This document shows, piece by piece, positions 55,855 to 64,000 of a stretch of 64,000 nt of DNA; position 1 is the first letter of the stretch; each line of letters begins with the position of its first letter. A model generated the notes under the pieces. It saw nothing but the letters and a program-made list of their open reading frames with translations. It ran no database searches and was not told where the DNA came from. Source of the stretch: Nanobdellati archaeon. Lineage in GTDB: Archaea; EX4484-52; GLR71. The position numbers were made by a program, and so were the translations under genes. The stretch covers positions 1-64,000 of the forward strand of contig JAHYJO010000001.1 in the NCBI GenBank assembly GCA_019429125.1, read 5' to 3'.

Positions 55855-56259
55855 ATGAGTCAGGTTGTGATTGAAAATGCGGGGCCTGATACAACTGATA
55901 ATGATGAGTTGGGTACTGATTATATATGTATGATTTTACGGATTCCTATAGCTATGCTTACTGAATATTAAAAGAATAAAAGAGAGGTTAAAGGTTCTCC
56001 TGATTTGGTAGGATTTTGGAAAGATACGGGATTTTATGAGAAGTTGTGCATTATTGCAGAATGTGATTATAGGTATAATTTTGCAATTGATGCTTTGGAA
56101 TTTTTAGGTGGTGAAGTTAGTGGTAAATATCTTGGGATTTTAAATGATAAAACATTACGTGTGGAAATATGTGAGGAATGGTCTGAGGATTATAGATGTG
56201 CTTACACTTTAGATTCTTATCAAAAAACTTTTGATTATTTTGAAGAAGAGTTGTTTTAA
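55855..56259 (+). pseudogene. Hypothetical gene interrupted by one in-frame TAA
   Basis: ATG 55855 is in frame with the 56005-56259 ORF; single stop at 55969-55971. Confidence 0.45.
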
Positions 56260-56462
56260 TTCTAGTTCTGGGCACTTTAAGAACTATATGGTTTCTAAAA
56301 AGGTTGTATAGTCTTTTATGTGCATACATATGGTTAAAAATTTAAAAAAGATTGATTTGCATAATAATTAGAATGTATATTTAAAAGTATTAGATTAGTT
56401 TTGTTCAGCATCAAATATACAGATGCTTAGAACCGATTTATATTTTAAATTATAGATATCAT

Positions 56463-57131
56463 TTAAATTATATCTATTTGATACTTTGCATTTTTATATA
56501 CAATATCTTTGTATGCTATTGCATCTTCTTCTCTTGTGAAATACTGTGGAAAACTATTTATTTTTGGATTAAGATTTATGCCACCTGAATCAAGGCTGAA
56601 TGTCTTATCTTTTTCAGAAGATAATATGTCTAAATCTTTAAGATGTAAAATGATTTGTGTATATAATTTAGAACCTGAGTATTTTTGAGTATCTATTGAA
56701 TCTATAAGTTTCCATTTAACAGTTGCTTCTCCTTTATTAAATATTATAGGTTCTTTAACATCATTATATATTTTTTTGAATTCATCTATGATTGATTGAC
56801 AGCATTTTGTATCTATATCAATTCCACTATAGAAGGGGTTATAAAATGGTGGAGGGGTTTGGGTTTCATATTGTTTGGGTATTGGTATGTTTAGTTCCTG
56901 TTCAAGATATAAAATTATTCTGTTATATAATTCGTTTGGGTCTGTCTGGTCTTTAAGCTCTATAGAATCTATTAGTTTCCAGTCAACAATTGCTTTTCCT
57001 TTATCGAAGGTTATAGGTTCTGTGACATTATCATATATATTTTTGATGTTATCTAATACTGATTTACAACATGTTTTTTGTGTTGAAATTCCGCAGTATA
57101 TACTAATACTGGGCTTATATTTTTGAGGCAT
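56463..57131 (-). CDS. Hypothetical protein with a duplicated CC-containing domain
   Basis: CCKSVLD..EPITFDKG.A.V.WKLIDSI is repeated as CCQSIID..EPIIFNKG.A.V.WKLIDSI. Confidence 0.8.
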   Translation of the reverse strand: MPQKYKPSISIYCGISTQKTCCKSVLDNIKNIYDNVTEPITFDKGKAIVDWKLIDSIELKDQTDPNELYNRIILYLEQELNIPIPKQYETQTPPPFYNPFYSGIDIDTKCCQSIIDEFKKIYNDVKEPIIFNKGEATVKWKLIDSIDTQKYSGSKLYTQIILHLKDLDILSSEKDKTFSLDSGGINLNPKINSFPQYFTREEDAIAYKDIVYKNAKYQIDII

Positions 57132-57143
57132 ATATTAATTAGA

Positions 57144-57425
57144 TTAATTTAAATATAAAAATGTTTTGTATGTATTTGATTTATTTTTTATATTTTTGCA
57201 ACAGTATTGTTTATGATGTTTGTTGATGCATATAAGATTATTAATGCAACTCATAAGAATACCAAGATAAAGAATGTTTTTTTCTAAGCTCATATCTTTT
57301 TTTAAAAGCAGTAGGAAGTATGCTATGCTGCTACCTATTGCCGGGCCAACTGGGTCGAAGAACAATCCTGCAACAGGTAACAATGCATATAGATAATTGT
57401 ATCTGTTGTTATTTTTATTTATCAT
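57144..57425 (-). CDS. Small hypothetical membrane protein (possibly degenerate)
   Basis: 93 aa with hydrophobic segments, co-oriented between atpE and the 222-aa gene. Confidence 0.4.
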   Translation of the reverse strand: MINKNNNRYNYLYALLPVAGLFFDPVGPAIGSSIAYFLLLLKKDMSLEKNILYLGILMSCINNLICINKHHKQYCCKNIKNKSNTYKTFLYLN

Positions 57426-57468
57426 ATTGTGTATTTAGGTGATTTGTGTTTATATGTTGTAGAAAATG

Positions 57469-58020
57469 TTAATTGTTGAGCATTTCTGCAATGCGTTTTT
57501 CTAGATTTTCTCGTTTTTTTTCAAGGTGCAGGTCAAAACTTTTGTTGATGTGTACTTTTTTGTCTGTGAATATGAATCCACCTATGATGTCTGTGTGTGT
57601 TGGTTTTATCTTTTTTTTTGTGAGCATGTCTTCAGCTTTCTTGTCACCTTTTTTTATTGATACAGTCATGCCTTTTTTGTAGTTGTCATTGAATGTTTTT
57701 TCAAGAAATGAGTCATAACTTTTAGATGTTATGAATTTTATTATGCTGTCATCTATCAATTTGTCAATCAGTTCTTTTCGTCGTTCCATTATCTTTAGTT
57801 TTTGTTTGAGGCGCGCACGACCAAGCATCTGTTTTTCGGTTGTAAGGATATCTGTTTCAGATTCTTCTTTAATTTTTTGTTCTTCTTTTGCCATACTGGT
57901 TGCAAGGTCAAGCTTTATCAGGTTCAACTTTTCTGTGTTTTGGTGCTGTATCTGGTATATTTTTTCATCTGCTTCTCTTTTTATTTCAGAGAGGAGATCT
58001 TCGGCATGCATAGGAGTCAC
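57469..58020 (-). CDS. atpE: A/V-type ATP synthase subunit E
   Basis: Charged N-terminal helix (IKREADEK), IIGGFIF and INKSFD; position in operon order. Confidence 0.82.
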   Translation of the reverse strand: MTPMHAEDLLSEIKREADEKIYQIQHQNTEKLNLIKLDLATSMAKEEQKIKEESETDILTTEKQMLGRARLKQKLKIMERRKELIDKLIDDSIIKFITSKSYDSFLEKTFNDNYKKGMTVSIKKGDKKAEDMLTKKKIKPTHTDIIGGFIFTDKKVHINKSFDLHLEKKRENLEKRIAEMLNN

Positions 58021-58148
58021 TATATTATTTGTGGTGTTTTCTGTATATATAGGTTGTATTGGTTATGGTTTTTTTTGATTTGTAGTGGGTGGGAAGTAGT
58101 GAAAAGAATAAGGTTTTTAAAGATTTATATTATATTAATTGATATTGA

Positions 58149-58811
58149 TTGGTGATTGTTTTGAGTGATACTGACGATAAATGGGATAGTTCAGAACTTG
58201 GAGATTATATGCATAATTTAAGTAATATGGTAAACTTTCTGATTAAAGAACATTTAAAGACATATTATCCTCCTGGAGGTTTACAATTTTCAGATTTATC
58301 TATAGATCTAAAGATGGAGCCTAAACCTATTATTCAAAATACATATGAGTCACATCAAAAGAATATTTCTTATGAACAGGTTAAATTGAGTATATATGCA
58401 ATTACTGAATGGTATAATTTATTTACAACAGTACTTGAGGCAGATGATGTTGAGACTATTTATGGCATGATTGGTTTTGATGAGTCGTCAGATTATTCAA
58501 ATCTTGAGAAGGTTGTAGGGACTGATAAGATAACTACATTTGATATGTTTAATTATTTAGACCCTATAGATGTTGAAGAAAGTAAGTATGATGGGTATTT
58601 ATCTGATATGTTTAATCATTCTGATTTAAAAATAGTTGTAGATAGTGATTATTCTGAACCCCATAAGAATTGTATTTGTTTTAATCTTTTTCCACAGGAC
58701 TGTTCAAAAAATATTTTAGTTATTTATCGAGTTGATACATGTGATGTGTTTGTGAATACTAGGGGTTATACTAATCTGAATCCAAATTATATAATTGATA
58801 AGTTTTTCTGA
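58149..58811 (+). CDS. Hypothetical acidic protein (220 aa)
   Basis: Long ORF with a GGTGA site near the start, antisense to the ATPase genes; no motif. Confidence 0.7.
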   Translation: MVIVLSDTDDKWDSSELGDYMHNLSNMVNFLIKEHLKTYYPPGGLQFSDLSIDLKMEPKPIIQNTYESHQKNISYEQVKLSIYAITEWYNLFTTVLEADDVETIYGMIGFDESSDYSNLEKVVGTDKITTFDMFNYLDPIDVEESKYDGYLSDMFNHSDLKIVVDSDYSEPHKNCICFNLFPQDCSKNILVIYRVDTCDVFVNTRGYTNLNPNYIIDKFF

Positions 58812-58824
58812 GGGTTTAAGTTTC

Positions 58825-59064
58825 TCAAACTGTCACCAATCCGAAACCGAATGCTATCAGAATTATTGCAATTGCAAACCCGTAAAGTGCTTGAGTCTCT
58901 GTTAATACAGCCATGGCAATGGATTTCCCAAATAGTTTTTCATTTTCTGCGGTTGCACCAATTGCTGCCGCTACTGCTTTGCCCTGGCCTATGCCTGACC
59001 CGGCAGCGGCAAAACCTACTGCGATTCCTGCGCCAATTGCTATTAGACCAATCTGTTCAAGCAT
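58825..59064 (-). CDS. atpK: A/V-type ATP synthase subunit K/c (single hairpin, Na+-type Q..ET..Y signature)
   Basis: GSGIGQG...LTETQALYGF. Confidence 0.93.
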   Translation of the reverse strand: MLEQIGLIAIGAGIAVGFAAAGSGIGQGKAVAAAIGATAENEKLFGKSIAMAVLTETQALYGFAIAIILIAFGFGLVTV

Positions 59065-59079
59065 TTTTTATCATCTCTA

Positions 59080-59334
59080 TTAAATAATTATGAGGCCGAA
59101 GCCGAAAGCAATCAATATGAAGGCGATTGCAAAACCGTAGAGCGCCTGGGTCTGGACAAGGACCGACATCGCAAGCATCTTTCCGAATGCGTTCTGGTTC
59201 TTGGCTGTCCTCTCTATCGCTTCTCGTGTGGTTGTCCCTTGACCTATGCCTGATCCGGCAGATGCTACACCCACTGCAATTGCAGCGCCAATGGCTATAA
59301 GTCCAAGAGCTGCAAATTGTGTTTCAGCTATCAT
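59080..59334 (-). CDS. atpK: A/V-type ATP synthase subunit K/c paralog lacking the ion-binding Glu
   Basis: GSGIGQG...LVQTQALYGF (E replaced by Q). Confidence 0.9.
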   Translation of the reverse strand: MIAETQFAALGLIAIGAAIAVGVASAGSGIGQGTTTREAIERTAKNQNAFGKMLAMSVLVQTQALYGFAIAFILIAFGFGLIII

Positions 59335-59409
59335 ATAGATTACTACCTGATTATTTTTTGGTGTTATATGTATAAATAAGTTATAACAAAAAGAAAATAA
59401 AAAATATTT

Positions 59410-59787
59410 TTATCTTGCAGTTTCGTCAGATTCCATAAGGCCTAATACATTCCCTTCAGGGTCCCTGAATACGGCCATGTAACCGATGGTCGGGATGGGG
59501 GTCTTGGGCATGAGTATTGTGCCATGGTTATCTTTTATTTTCGTTATGTAGATGTTAATTGAAAAAACCTCAATTGTGTTTCTTGCCAGATTAGCATCTT
59601 TTTCTCTTTTTACTAATCCACCATCTATGCCAGGCATATCTGGATTACCTGTCATGATCTGCCAGTATTCCATAGGGCCTTTCCATTTCTTAAATGTCCA
59701 GCCGAAGACATCTTTATAGAATTTTATGGCTCTTTCTGGTGTCTCTGTATCTATCTCAAAGTGAACAACTCTTGGCATTTTTATCAC
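59410..59787 (-). CDS. VOC family (glyoxalase/bleomycin-resistance) protein
   Basis: VVHFEI....ERAIKFYKDVFGW, GIDGGL and FRDPEGNVLGL. Confidence 0.93.
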   Translation of the reverse strand: MIKMPRVVHFEIDTETPERAIKFYKDVFGWTFKKWKGPMEYWQIMTGNPDMPGIDGGLVKREKDANLARNTIEVFSINIYITKIKDNHGTILMPKTPIPTIGYMAVFRDPEGNVLGLMESDETAR

Positions 59788-60018
59788 CTTTTATCAAGTT
59801 AATTAAGGTTATAATATATATTATGTAATATATATTCCAACGTATATAAACGTGTATTTATTATCTTGTTTGAAATATAGCAAACTCCGAAAGTAATTTC
59901 GTATTTGTATCAAATATTTATGTTATGGATACCTTTTTTTCAGAAAATTAATTGAAAAACATTGTTGGTTTGCTATAATTTAATCTTATTATTTTGTTAG
60001 TATGTAGGACTAATTGAT

Positions 60019-60774
60019 ATGGAGTCTGTTTTTTTTGTAAAGATTAAATGTAATATTTATATTATGTCGTTTTCAAATAAATGTATGCGATATTCAATTG
60101 TGGGTAAAGATTTTGTCATTTGCAGTGATATGGATAAGTTATTGATTGATAGTGGTTTTATCTGTGACAATGATAATCCTGAGGTTGTATTTTCGTGTGG
60201 TGGCGATGGGGCTATACTTGTCTCTGAAAGATTGTATCCTGGAATTCCTAAAGTAACAATTAGATATAGTGACATGGGGCATAAATGCGTATTTGATAAG
60301 GCTGATATTGAAAATGTTATTGAGTGCATAAAAAATAATGATTATAAAATTCGTGAATATATAAAACTTGAAGCTGTCTGTGACGGTGAAAAAGGTGTGG
60401 CATCAAATGAGGTGCAGGTACATAACAAGAGACCCACACGGGCTGTAAGGTTCAATGTCTATGTCAACGGCAAGATTTTATATGATAATGTCGTAGGGGA
60501 TGGTATTGTAATTTCTACTCCTTTCGGGGCGAGCGCATATTACAGGTCTGTTGGTGGCAAACAGTTTGATAAAGGGATTGGTATTGCACTGAACAATCCG
60601 GTCGACAAGAAATCTAGTATGGTTGTTTCAGATTCGTCTGTGATTGAGATTGAGATGTTGCGAGAAGTTGGGCAGGTATTTTGTGACAATCATTGTGAGG
60701 GTATGATGCTTCTTGCGCCGGGTAAAAAGGTATTTATTAAGAAATCTGAGGGGACTGCTAAATTTATTGTTTGA
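60019..60774 (+). CDS. ppnK: NAD(+) kinase
   Basis: GGDGAIL, NE and GDGIVISTPFGASAY..S.GG. The true start is probably ~60085. Confidence 0.85.
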   Translation: MESVFFVKIKCNIYIMSFSNKCMRYSIVGKDFVICSDMDKLLIDSGFICDNDNPEVVFSCGGDGAILVSERLYPGIPKVTIRYSDMGHKCVFDKADIENVIECIKNNDYKIREYIKLEAVCDGEKGVASNEVQVHNKRPTRAVRFNVYVNGKILYDNVVGDGIVISTPFGASAYYRSVGGKQFDKGIGIALNNPVDKKSSMVVSDSSVIEIEMLREVGQVFCDNHCEGMMLLAPGKKVFIKKSEGTAKFIV

Positions 60775-60822
60775 TTTTTAAAGGATTTATTCATTTTTAT
60801 ATTGTTATAGGGTGTTGATTTT

Positions 60823-62010
60823 ATGGCTGAAGATATTTATCAAAGATCGTTGGATGCGCACAAGCGCGCTAAAGGTAAGATTGCAATACTGCCTAAGATG
60901 CCGGTTGCTACAAAAAATGATTTGTCTATAGCTTATACGCCGGGTGTTGCTGAACCTTGCAGGCAGATACATAAAAATTCTGGTTTGGTTTATGATTATA
61001 CATCAAAAGGTAATCTTGTGGCTGTCGTGACAGATGGTAGTGCGGTTTTAGGTCTCGGTAACATTGGGCCATTGGCTGCTCTGCCGGTCATGGAAGGTAA
61101 ATCTATTCTTTTTAAGGCGTTTGGTGACGTTGATGCGATACCAATTTGTCTTGATACACAAGATGTTGATGAGATTGTTAAGACTGTTAAGTTAATCGCG
61201 CCAACATTTGGTGGTATCAATCTTGAGGATATATCTGCACCGCGATGTTTTGAGGTTGAGAGTCAGCTTAAGGCTGAGCTTGATATACCAGTGTTCCATG
61301 ATGATCAGCACGGAACGGCTATTGTTGTACTTGCTGCGCTTATTAATGCGTCAAAGGTTGTGGGTAAAGATATACATAAGATGAATATTGTCATGTCTGG
61401 GGCAGGGGCTGCGGGCATAGCTATAGCTAATATTCTTTTGGATTATAGTATCGGTGACATGATTGTGTGCGATTCTGTGGGTGCAATTTATTTAGGCCGA
61501 AAAGATAATATGAACACTGAGAAGGAAATTTTGGCAAAGATTACGAATCGCGGTCTTAAAGACGGTAAACTTGGTTCTGTAATTTCAGGTGCTGATGTCT
61601 TTATAGGCGTATCAAAACCAGGTGTCCTCACAAAAGAGATGGTTGCAACTATGGCAACTGACGCTATCGTATTTGCTATGGCTAATCCTGTGCCTGAAAT
61701 TATGCCGGATGTTGCAAAAGAAGCAGGCGCAAAAGTTGTGGGCACTGGTCGGTCGGATTTTCCTAATCAGATAAACAATGTATTAGCGTTTCCTGGTATA
61801 TTTCGCGGTGCATTGGACGTGCGCGCAAGCGACATAAATAGTGAGATGAATCTTGCGGCTGCAATGGCTATTGCTGGTCTTGTTGATGATTCAAAGTTAG
61901 ATGCTGAGCATGTTATTCCTTTGGCGACAGATAAGAATGTTGCAAAAGCTGTTGCAAAAGCTGTGTCTGTAGCAGCAAGAAAAAGTGGGGTTGCTCGGGT
62001 TTTGGATTGA
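60823..62010 (+). CDS. NAD(P)-dependent malic enzyme (small, YtsJ-like type)
   Basis: AYTPGVA, AVLGLGNIG, MEGK, INLEDI, FHDDQHGTA, GAGAAG and TGRSDFPNQINNVLAFPG. Confidence 0.96.
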   Translation: MAEDIYQRSLDAHKRAKGKIAILPKMPVATKNDLSIAYTPGVAEPCRQIHKNSGLVYDYTSKGNLVAVVTDGSAVLGLGNIGPLAALPVMEGKSILFKAFGDVDAIPICLDTQDVDEIVKTVKLIAPTFGGINLEDISAPRCFEVESQLKAELDIPVFHDDQHGTAIVVLAALINASKVVGKDIHKMNIVMSGAGAAGIAIANILLDYSIGDMIVCDSVGAIYLGRKDNMNTEKEILAKITNRGLKDGKLGSVISGADVFIGVSKPGVLTKEMVATMATDAIVFAMANPVPEIMPDVAKEAGAKVVGTGRSDFPNQINNVLAFPGIFRGALDVRASDINSEMNLAAAMAIAGLVDDSKLDAEHVIPLATDKNVAKAVAKAVSVAARKSGVARVLD

Positions 62011-62060
62011 TTTGTGGATGATGGTATTTTTTTAGTTTTTTATTCATTTTAAGTTATAAT

Positions 62061-62930
62061 GTGTGGTTTATTTTATATTTTATCTTGTGTAAAATTAGAG
62101 TTATGTCTGTTAAAGCGTCAGATTATAGTATTGAGTATTCATTAGTTGATGGGATGCCTACTCATAATATTTTTATCCGGCTTAATGATACTTTTGCAGA
62201 TTATTTAAAAAACTCGTATTATCCTAATAATAAGGATAAGTATGATGAAATTGCATTGAATGCTATGAAAATCAATAATTGTTCTGAAGATAATATTGAT
62301 ATCATTGAAAACAAAAGTGTATGTAATTGGGAGGGTGGAGTATTAGATAATATAATGTTTCCAGTAGGCAGTGCTGTTAGTTTAGTGATTGAATATAATA
62401 CTGATTTTGGAACAATATATAGGTCACATAATGTGGATAATATTTCCAAGATGTCTGTTCTTATGACTGTCATTACAAATTATCTTTCAAATATGAGCAT
62501 GTCTTTTGAACATTTTAAGTCTGGTGAGCGAGGGAATTATAAGATTTGGTATAATATAAATGATAAGACACCCTATCATGATATTTCTGTAGAGATTTCG
62601 GATGATTTTCTAGAATCATTGAAATATTTAGATGTGAATAAAAAATATTATGATAAAATTGCTATTGATGCTATGAAAATTTGTGGCGTAGATAAAATCT
62701 TTATAGATGCTGCAGAAGTTACAGAGGTTTGTGATTGGGATGATGGGTTATTAAAACATATTATCTTGCCTTATAGGGATGCAACTGAATTGGTTCTTGA
62801 ATTTGATACACCTTATGGGAATGTTTATAAATCACATAATGTGAATGGTTACGTACAGATGGCTGTTCTTATGACAGTAATTACAAATTATTTTTCTGAT
62901 ATGGATTTGATATTATCACGTGATTTTTAG
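62061..62930 (+). CDS. Hypothetical protein made of two tandem ~135-aa domains
   Basis: Both halves carry P.H.I, YD.IA..AMKI, C.W..G.L, Y.SHNV and M.VLMTVITNY. Likely start 62103. Confidence 0.82.
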   Translation: MWFILYFILCKIRVMSVKASDYSIEYSLVDGMPTHNIFIRLNDTFADYLKNSYYPNNKDKYDEIALNAMKINNCSEDNIDIIENKSVCNWEGGVLDNIMFPVGSAVSLVIEYNTDFGTIYRSHNVDNISKMSVLMTVITNYLSNMSMSFEHFKSGERGNYKIWYNINDKTPYHDISVEISDDFLESLKYLDVNKKYYDKIAIDAMKICGVDKIFIDAAEVTEVCDWDDGLLKHIILPYRDATELVLEFDTPYGNVYKSHNVNGYVQMAVLMTVITNYFSDMDLILSRDF

Positions 62931-62941
62931 GGATTTATTTT

Positions 62942-63223
62942 TTATTCGTGATTGAATTTCTTTCTTATTGAAAGGATTATAAAGCCGTATTTTTCTATAT
63001 CTTCTTTTGTGTGATATTTCTCCATGTCTTTTGTGTTGAACTTGTAGAGAATCTCACAGTCTTGGGTCTTGTCTGTAAGTGTATCTGTTCCGTTTTTTTG
63101 TTCTTTCAATACTAATGTGTCGTCTTCTTTGCAATCAAAATCTGCAAGTCTTACTTCAAATCGTTTTGCGCTCTCACTAATTGCATTGAAATATTTTTAT
63201 TAAACCATTTTTTCAATTTTCAT
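62942..63223 (-). pseudogene. ASCH/DUF3850-like pseudogene (not in the ORF track)
   Basis: Manual translation gives MKIEKMV**KYFNAISESAKRFEVRLADFDCKEDDTLVLKE...EDIEKYGFIILSI, with two adjacent TAA at 63197-63202. Confidence 0.7.
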
Positions 63224-63287
63224 AGTTTTCACTTTTATATTTATTATTTCTTATTTTGATTTGTGGTATTATCTTTATTACTTGTAA

Positions 63288-63998
63288 TTATCTACTATAT
63301 TTGTTCTTGTTCTCTAACGGTTTGAATTCTTCACCGCCTGATTCGTAGAATCTTTCAAAGAATTCCACATAGTGTAATCGCATTGAATGGACAAATGCGC
63401 TCACAACGTTTAATGCCATGTTTAAGCTGTGGCCGATAACAAAGACTAGTCCTGCAAGGATGATTGATAATTTTGCGGCTGCAGTCACACCCATGTTTAT
63501 CACGAACTGGAGCCAGGAGGTTGCAACGGCCAAGGCCATAAGACGTATGTAGGATATCCAGGATCCGAAAAATGAGGGTACTGATAATATCCCTGTTGGG
63601 CCGTCTTTTGATCTGTAGATGATGGTTGCTATTATTAATATGCATCCGATTGATTTAGGTATTCCTTGTCCTATGACTAGTATTGTTACTCCTATTTCAA
63701 GCGATACCCAGGATAGGGGGTCAAGGATATTTTTGCTTTTTGATTTTATCTTTGAATATAGGTCAAGCGCTAGGCCGAAATTTATGTGGACTAGACCTAT
63801 AGCTAAAGATACTTTTAAGATGGTTATTGGGTCGCGGAGCGCGTCAAAAACTGAGACGAAACCTAAGAAGTCACCGAATATGCTCCCGAAAATGAGACCT
63901 GCAAAAATTGTTGCGACAGAAGACACTATCATAATATAGGATAATGCTTTGAGATCTTTGTCGTCTGTCTTTAAATATGCGAAAAGCGATGCTGCAAG
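63288..63998 (-). CDS. atpI: A/V-type ATP synthase subunit I/a, C-terminal part (5'-truncated by the window)
   Basis: FGSIFG, IGLVHI, SYIRLMALAVA (essential Arg) and HSMRLHYVEFF..FY..GG..FKP; the frame stays open to the window edge. Confidence 0.95.
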   Translation of the reverse strand, partial: LAASLFAYLKTDDKDLKALSYIMIVSSVATIFAGLIFGSIFGDFLGFVSVFDALRDPITILKVSLAIGLVHINFGLALDLYSKIKSKSKNILDPLSWVSLEIGVTILVIGQGIPKSIGCILIIATIIYRSKDGPTGILSVPSFFGSWISYIRLMALAVATSWLQFVINMGVTAAAKLSIILAGLVFVIGHSLNMALNVVSAFVHSMRLHYVEFFERFYESGGEEFKPLENKNKYSR

Positions 63999-64000
63999 GA

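Noticed and set aside
49501-63202. Stop-codon reassignment to explain the in-frame stops
   Set aside because: Both TGA and TAA are involved, and both end conserved genes here (nac ends in TAA, the malic enzyme in TGA). Pseudogenisation is simpler.
44536-63939. Antisense ORFs over tctA, the ABC exporter, ATPase subunits, the malic enzyme and atpI
   Set aside because: They fully overlap well-conserved genes on the opposite strand.

Overview
AT-rich archaeal DNA, inferred to be DPANN-like from the archaeal NAC, A/V-type ATPase, GGTGA/GGAGG ribosome-binding sites, TATA-type promoters and very dense N-x-S/T sequons in secreted proteins. The left ~45 kb is one large cell-envelope locus. Its centrepiece is a giant ORF that is open from the window edge (>8,146 aa). 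It has at least 17 tandem ~330-aa Cys/Trp-patterned repeats, further Ig-like domains, one transmembrane helix and a C-terminal cytoplasmic HerA/FtsK/VirB4-type P-loop ATPase. It is followed by a cytoplasmic coiled-coil protein, a 1,973-aa anchored surface protein and seven more secreted or anchored Ig-like proteins. A convergent pilin-like gene with its own promoter and terminator closes the locus. Shared modules between these proteins suggest a single multi-component, ATP-powered surface/attachment apparatus (inference). The right ~19 kb holds a TctA-family permease, an ABC exporter, NAC and an A/V-type ATPase operon (I-K-K-E-C-F-A-B-D, minus strand). That operon is split by inserted genes (HAD hydrolase, VOC protein, NAD kinase, malic enzyme, hypotheticals, pseudogenes) and has two different c subunits, one lacking the ion-binding Glu. 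No rRNA, tRNA, CRISPR array or transposase was recognised.
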